From Camelus dromedarius (lineage: Eukaryota), in the NCBI RefSeq assembly GCF_036321535.1, contig NC_087437.1, positions 5,580,001 to 5,644,000 on the forward strand: a DNA stretch of 64,000 nucleotides. Direction: 5' to 3'. Numbering within the stretch: the first letter of the stretch is position 1; each line of letters starts with the position of its first letter. The notes beneath the pieces were generated by a model that saw only the letters and a program-made list of their open reading frames with translations, was not told the DNA's origin and did not search any database. Made by a program: the position numbers and the translations under genes. Shown piece by piece: positions 59,223-64,000 of this stretch.

Positions 59223-62200
59223 AAATGCCTGGTTAATACAGGTAATATAATTCTATCTATCTCCAGAACCCTCCTCGGCACCAACATTTCAACTCTCCCT
59301 GGTGATCTGATGCCACCCCTGAGGAGGCTGAAGAATAAATAGAAAGAGCACAGCCTGATTCAAGGTTGGGGGTGGGTGGGGAGGTACTCATCCTTTATCT
59401 TGCAAATTGGATACGGAAATAGTTGCAGGAGAACAGGGAAGCCGTCCCACACTGTCAGTTTTCACTCAAGGCACTTTTGTAACCATGACTTCACTCCTGA
59501 ATTGACACCTGCACCGGCTTCCCTGACAGCCTTAAAGAGATACCATCAAGACTTTGTCACATAAATTGAATAATTTAGACAGAGCTTAGGTGACAATAGG
59601 ATGAACTTCAGCTGGAACGTGGTGGGGGCTGAGGGATAAATCCTTGGAAAATTAAGTCTGGGCCAACTCTACCTTCCCGCATCTTCTCTCATCATCCACC
59701 TTAAACCTGTGATTGAACCGTTTATCAGTTTGGGACACAAGGAAGACATGTTAGGAAAGTCACATTTTAGCAGGAAAGAGAGAAATAGCTGTCAGTCATC
59801 TCAGCCAATGACGGACTGGTGAGTATCTTTTTTTTTTTAATGGCGTTTGTTTTCTTAACATTAAAACTGTTTAGATAATCCCTTGTGAATCATAAGATGG
59901 TATCTCCTTCTGGCGAGGGAAGCTCTGATATACAGCCACTGACTTGGCCACAGCTCTGGAGTTTCCTCCAAGGAGTTCAAAGCACTTTCTGAAGTAGCAT
60001 CATCTTATTTAGCTTTGAAAACTGAGACAGAAGGAGTGAGGGAGGATGGACACGCAGGAGTCTTCATTTCACCAATGGGAAAGTTAAAGTGCAGAAGACA
60101 CGTGGTGGGCCCAAGTGACCCGGAGAGTTCGGAGCCCTAAGTCGGGAGTCCCCAGATCTTAGGGCTGTACACATTCCATGGATCTGGAATGTGACCCTGG
60201 CCAGATCTTCTCTTCGAGAAACCTGCATGTAGGAAAAAGTCGAGGGTTCTCCAACAGAAAGTTCTGCCTAACAGAAAAATATCCACCCCAGGCCAGATTC
60301 GAGGTCTCTGGCACGATTCACATCCTGACCAGAAAAAAAGAGCAAAGATTTAACACCAGCTGAGGCTTTTTTTTTCCTTTAATATTAAGAAACAGAAACT
60401 AATCACCCCCTTTCCTGCCAAGCACGGCAGTGCAAACACCCGCCAAACCCACCTTTCTTGAAAACCCATGATCTGCTTTTCAAGGGGAAGATTAAAGCGC
60501 CAGGAATAGACAATGGTTCTGAAACACTGGCTGACTTTTGAATATTCATGACTATTCTGATGCAAATGCATATTTCAAATTGAGCTGTTTTTGCAGAGGT
60601 GCTGTTGGAAATGGATACGCTTATGAAATTGCTTTCCTAGTTCTGCAGAGCCCCAGAACGATTTCCTCTGCTTATTTATAATTCTCCTAGAAGGTTTCCC
60701 AGGGGTCAGCCTTCGGCTGGAGTTTCAGCTGATTTCTTTTCACCAAAAAACTCGGGCTACAGTTTAGCCTAACTCAGGAGGAAAAGTCCAGCTTTGTTTA
60801 ACTGGAGCCAGGTCGGATCGGCGCGCCCTGTTCTGCCGGCGGCCTCTTTGGCATATCGCACATCAGATTGTTTTTCCTGTGAGGTAACCTCAAACCGAAG
60901 CTCACTGTTCCCTGAAGAACAAAGAAAGTTCGTGAAAACATCGTGCCAGTGCTGGGAGGCTCGGATGGTCAGGCAGTCAAGGCCTGTCTGGATTTTGCTG
61001 ATTTTGCTCCAGAAGGGTCTCACCCGGTGGCCATCAGGCGTGGCATGCGGTTCGGCCTGGTCAAAGGGCTTTGAGGGAAACGCGCAGACCCCGGGGGCTG
61101 ATGGAGACTGGAGACCTCCAAAGCGCAGTGAGTGTTCAGAGTCCCCTCCGGGGGAGCCCTGGGACCTCCCTGCCTCTTCAGCCTGGATGCAGGCTGTGAC
61201 TGTGGGTCAGGCCTAGGGGAAATTAGGGGGGCCAAGGAGGTGGCCATTGCTGGAGGGAAGAAGCGGGCCACTGTGAAGCCAAGGTTGGTTTTGGAAGAGA
61301 GAGGACAGTTCTTGAGCTCTGAATGAGGCCAGTGAAGGAAGTGGCCATGGAGCTGCCTAAGTCTCTGGGGGATGGAATAAGCAAGCCTGTGGGTGTCGGA
61401 CACCTGCTGGGGCAGGCCGGGGAAGCCCCTGATCCAGACCAGTGGGGCCCCATTGAGGAGGGGTGCCCTCTCCTCGGCCTTTTATCCACCTGGGTTCCTT
61501 GCGCCGCCCCCAGTGACCCTCCTGGAAGGACGTGGGTGTGGCCTCTGACACCCCTCCTTGGATAGTCCTTGGAAGTACCTCCTCTCTCCAGTCCAGCCCT
61601 CTACCCACAAATACTCCATGGGTGATTCTTTCCTTATGCCCACGGAGAGGACCCGTCTCCTGTGTATTCAATGAGTACTGCACTTACGACGTGCCGGGCT
61701 CTGTGCTGGGCTGGGGACCTGAGGTCACCCCAGCGTGGTCTCTGTTTAGTGCTCCGGTCTGTGGATCCAAACTTATTTCCTGTCCCCGATCTGTCTCTGC
61801 CCCGTGACTGTTCTCACCACCATCTCTTCCTAGGGTGTGTTCTTTACCTCGAGTGCCCTCTCTTCCCAGCTCCAATTTTGCAAAAGCTATGCTCGCTTCT
61901 GGGATATGCAAGAGTTGCTTTTTCCATTCAGCACCCCCTGCCCCAGGTTTTTTTCTCTTCCTCCCAATTTCTGCAACATACCTGTTCTTTGAAATGCCAC
62001 ATGTAATTTAAATGGACTTACTTTGTCCAGCATCTATTTTGGTGTGTGGACTAGTTGTCTTTGAGGCTTGGAGTCAGATTTTACCCTCCCTTCTCACCCC
62101 AGCACTCAGCCCCAAACTGAGCAGTTCTTAAATGCCCGGTATATACTGTTGGTTTTTAGAATCAGAATGGCTCTGATGAGGACAATACGGTGGTCCTGAC

Positions 62201-62439
62201 AGCTCCCCAGGAGGAGTGGAGATGGGTGGGTGGGGGGCAAGGAGACTGTAGCCAATCTTCTGACGAAGAAGGCAGCTCTATCCCTGAAGAAGACCCTGCA
62301 TACAATATAAGAAAGATACCAGCAGTTCATAGCTACATGTTCAAAAACACATTTATAGAGAGAGTAGATCTCATTCACTTGCTTCCAGATCAAAGAAAGT
62401 TTCTATTCTTTTGAAAAAAAAAGTTGTAAATGTCATCAA

Positions 62440-62620
62440 CTGTCTCGCGTGACCTTTGGCGAATTAATTCACCTTTCTGAACTTCACTTACCTCATCTAC
62501 AAAATGGGACTAGTAACAATGCCTACCCAATAGGGTTGTTGGGAGTGTTAATTAGATTAGGTACATAAGCCACTTAGCCCAGAATCTGGAAAAGAATAGA
62601 TATTCAATTAATGATTGCTA
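62440..62620 (+). mobile_element. MIR SINE
   Basis: 'gtgacctttggcgaattaattcacctttctgaacttcacttacctcatctacaaaatgggactagtaacaatgcctacc'. Confidence 0.85.
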
Positions 62621-62794
62621 TGATTAATCATCGTTATTGTCCCATTAAGCCAATATTTCCCAAAGTCAAATAAGTGGATTATTTGATGGTCCATAAGATA
62701 ATTTAGGTGGTGCATTGATTGACTTTTTACAAATTTTAATGTGTGGTAAGTAAAATATGATTTTATCCTATTTATTATTTCATGGGTACTCTTT

Positions 62795-63722
62795 CTATTT
62801 ATTTATCGCTGTGTTACATACCATCCCTAAACTGAGTGGCTTTAGACAGCACTGATTTATTACTTCTTTTGGTTTGTGGCGTGGGCCGCGCTCGGCAAGC
62901 GAGTTCTGCTCCTCCTCTCACGTGTCGGGCGCCTGAGCTGGAAGGGCTGGGCCATGTGGGGCTGTTTGGGTGTCTCTCTCCTTCTCCACACCCGCTACCT
63001 CTTCAGTCAGAGAGCCAGAGTCCTCTACCTGGTGGCTCCTACTAGGTAACGTCCCACTGGCCCACCCGGAGGCAGGGTGGGAGGCACTGCCCAAGGGCGT
63101 GCATACTGGAAGTCACGGCCCACTGGGGGCCTCCAGTGGGGCAGTCTTGCACAGTCATCATACACCCAAGGCCTCCCAGCTGGTAAGTATCCACATCGCC
63201 GTCTGGCTCCAGGATCTGCGGTCTGAACCACCAGGCAAATCTCCTCAAGCAGAGCGTTTTGGTTATCCATCTCCAAACGCAGTGACTTACAGCAACAAGT
63301 CCCTTGCTATGTTCATTGATTTTGTGGGCCATGAATTCGGATAGATCGTGGCAGAGAGGTGCTCTTGGGTACCTCACCTAGCCTAGGGCCCAGCTAGAAG
63401 GACTCAGTTTGCAGAGAGCCCACGGGTATGGTTCAGCCGGAGTCGTGCCTCTGGGGGCGTGCTTCCACCTGTCTGCTGCCTTCTTCTGTTCTCCCCGACG
63501 TGACCCCCAGCCATGTGACTGACCCCTGGGCTTCTTCACAGCACAGGGGTCTCAGGGTGGTCGGATTTCTCACAGAGTTGCTGGCTTCTCTGTAGAGAGT
63601 GAGGTAGAAGCTGCTAGGCCTCTTGGAAGCAAGGCTCAGAATTGGAACTACCCTACCCTGCCATGTTGGTCCGAGACGGTCACAAAGCCAGTGTAATTCA
63701 GGGGGAGGAGAAATGGACTCGA
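62795..63722 (-). mobile_element. Two adjacent MaLR LTR (MLT1-like) remnants
   Basis: 'tttatcgctgtgttacataccatccctaaactgagtggcttta' and 'attgattttgtgggccatgaattcgg...gggcttcttcacagcacagggg...tcacaaagccag'. Confidence 0.6.
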
Positions 63723-63726
63723 CCTC

Positions 63727-64000
63727 CTTTTTTTTTTAATTTGAAGTATAGTCAGTATGCAATGTTGTATGAATTTCTGGTGTGCAGCATAATGTTTCAG
63801 TTATACATGTATATATTCCTTTCCATATTCTTTGTCATTATAGGCTATTACAAGGTATCGATGCTTCTGTGTGCTATACAGTGGGGCCTTGCTGTTTATT
63901 TTATACATGGTAATGTATATCTGCACATCTTGAATTTCTAATTTATCCCTCCATCCCACTTCCCCCCGGTAACCATAAGTGTGTTTTCTATGTCAGTGAA
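63727..64000 (-). mobile_element. L1 3' end, truncated by window edge
   Basis: Poly-T then 'ttgaagtatagtcag...aatttatccctcc...ggtaaccataag'. Confidence 0.9.

Noticed and set aside
62190..62414. ORF with an acidic 'SSDEEGSSIPEED' stretch
   Set aside because: No recognisable homology or convincing splice sites; GTG start

Overview
This is mammalian non-coding genomic DNA, most likely from a camelid (Camelus/Vicugna/Lama). It carries three tRNA-derived SINEs matching camelid Vic-1 as I recall it and cetartiodactyl-type L1 3' ends, and I saw no Alu, Bov-A/BovB or PRE-1. I could not support any host protein-coding exon, RNA gene or CRISPR-like system. The recognisable ORFs in the track are L1 ORF2 or L2 remnants, and the rest look like chance ORFs. 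The window is a dense mosaic of transposable elements: 11 lineage-specific 5'-truncated L1s, 6 ERV1-class solo LTRs (four MER41-like), many MaLR/ERVL LTRs, L2, MIR, one CR1/L3 RT remnant and several hAT MITEs. The most notable items are: a MER41-like LTR retaining a perfect STAT GAS motif; an LTR with 7 regularly spaced CCAAT boxes and 2 octamers; a MER53 hairpin nearly identical to miR-1302; a chimeric LTR inside a three-layer TE nest; a strong minus-strand bias of young retroelements (17/20), suggesting an intron of a +strand transcription unit; and a few repeat-free, motif-rich candidate enhancers. I found no convincing novel biological system. Family names come from recalled consensus sequences, and boundaries are estimated by eye unless a TSD is quoted.
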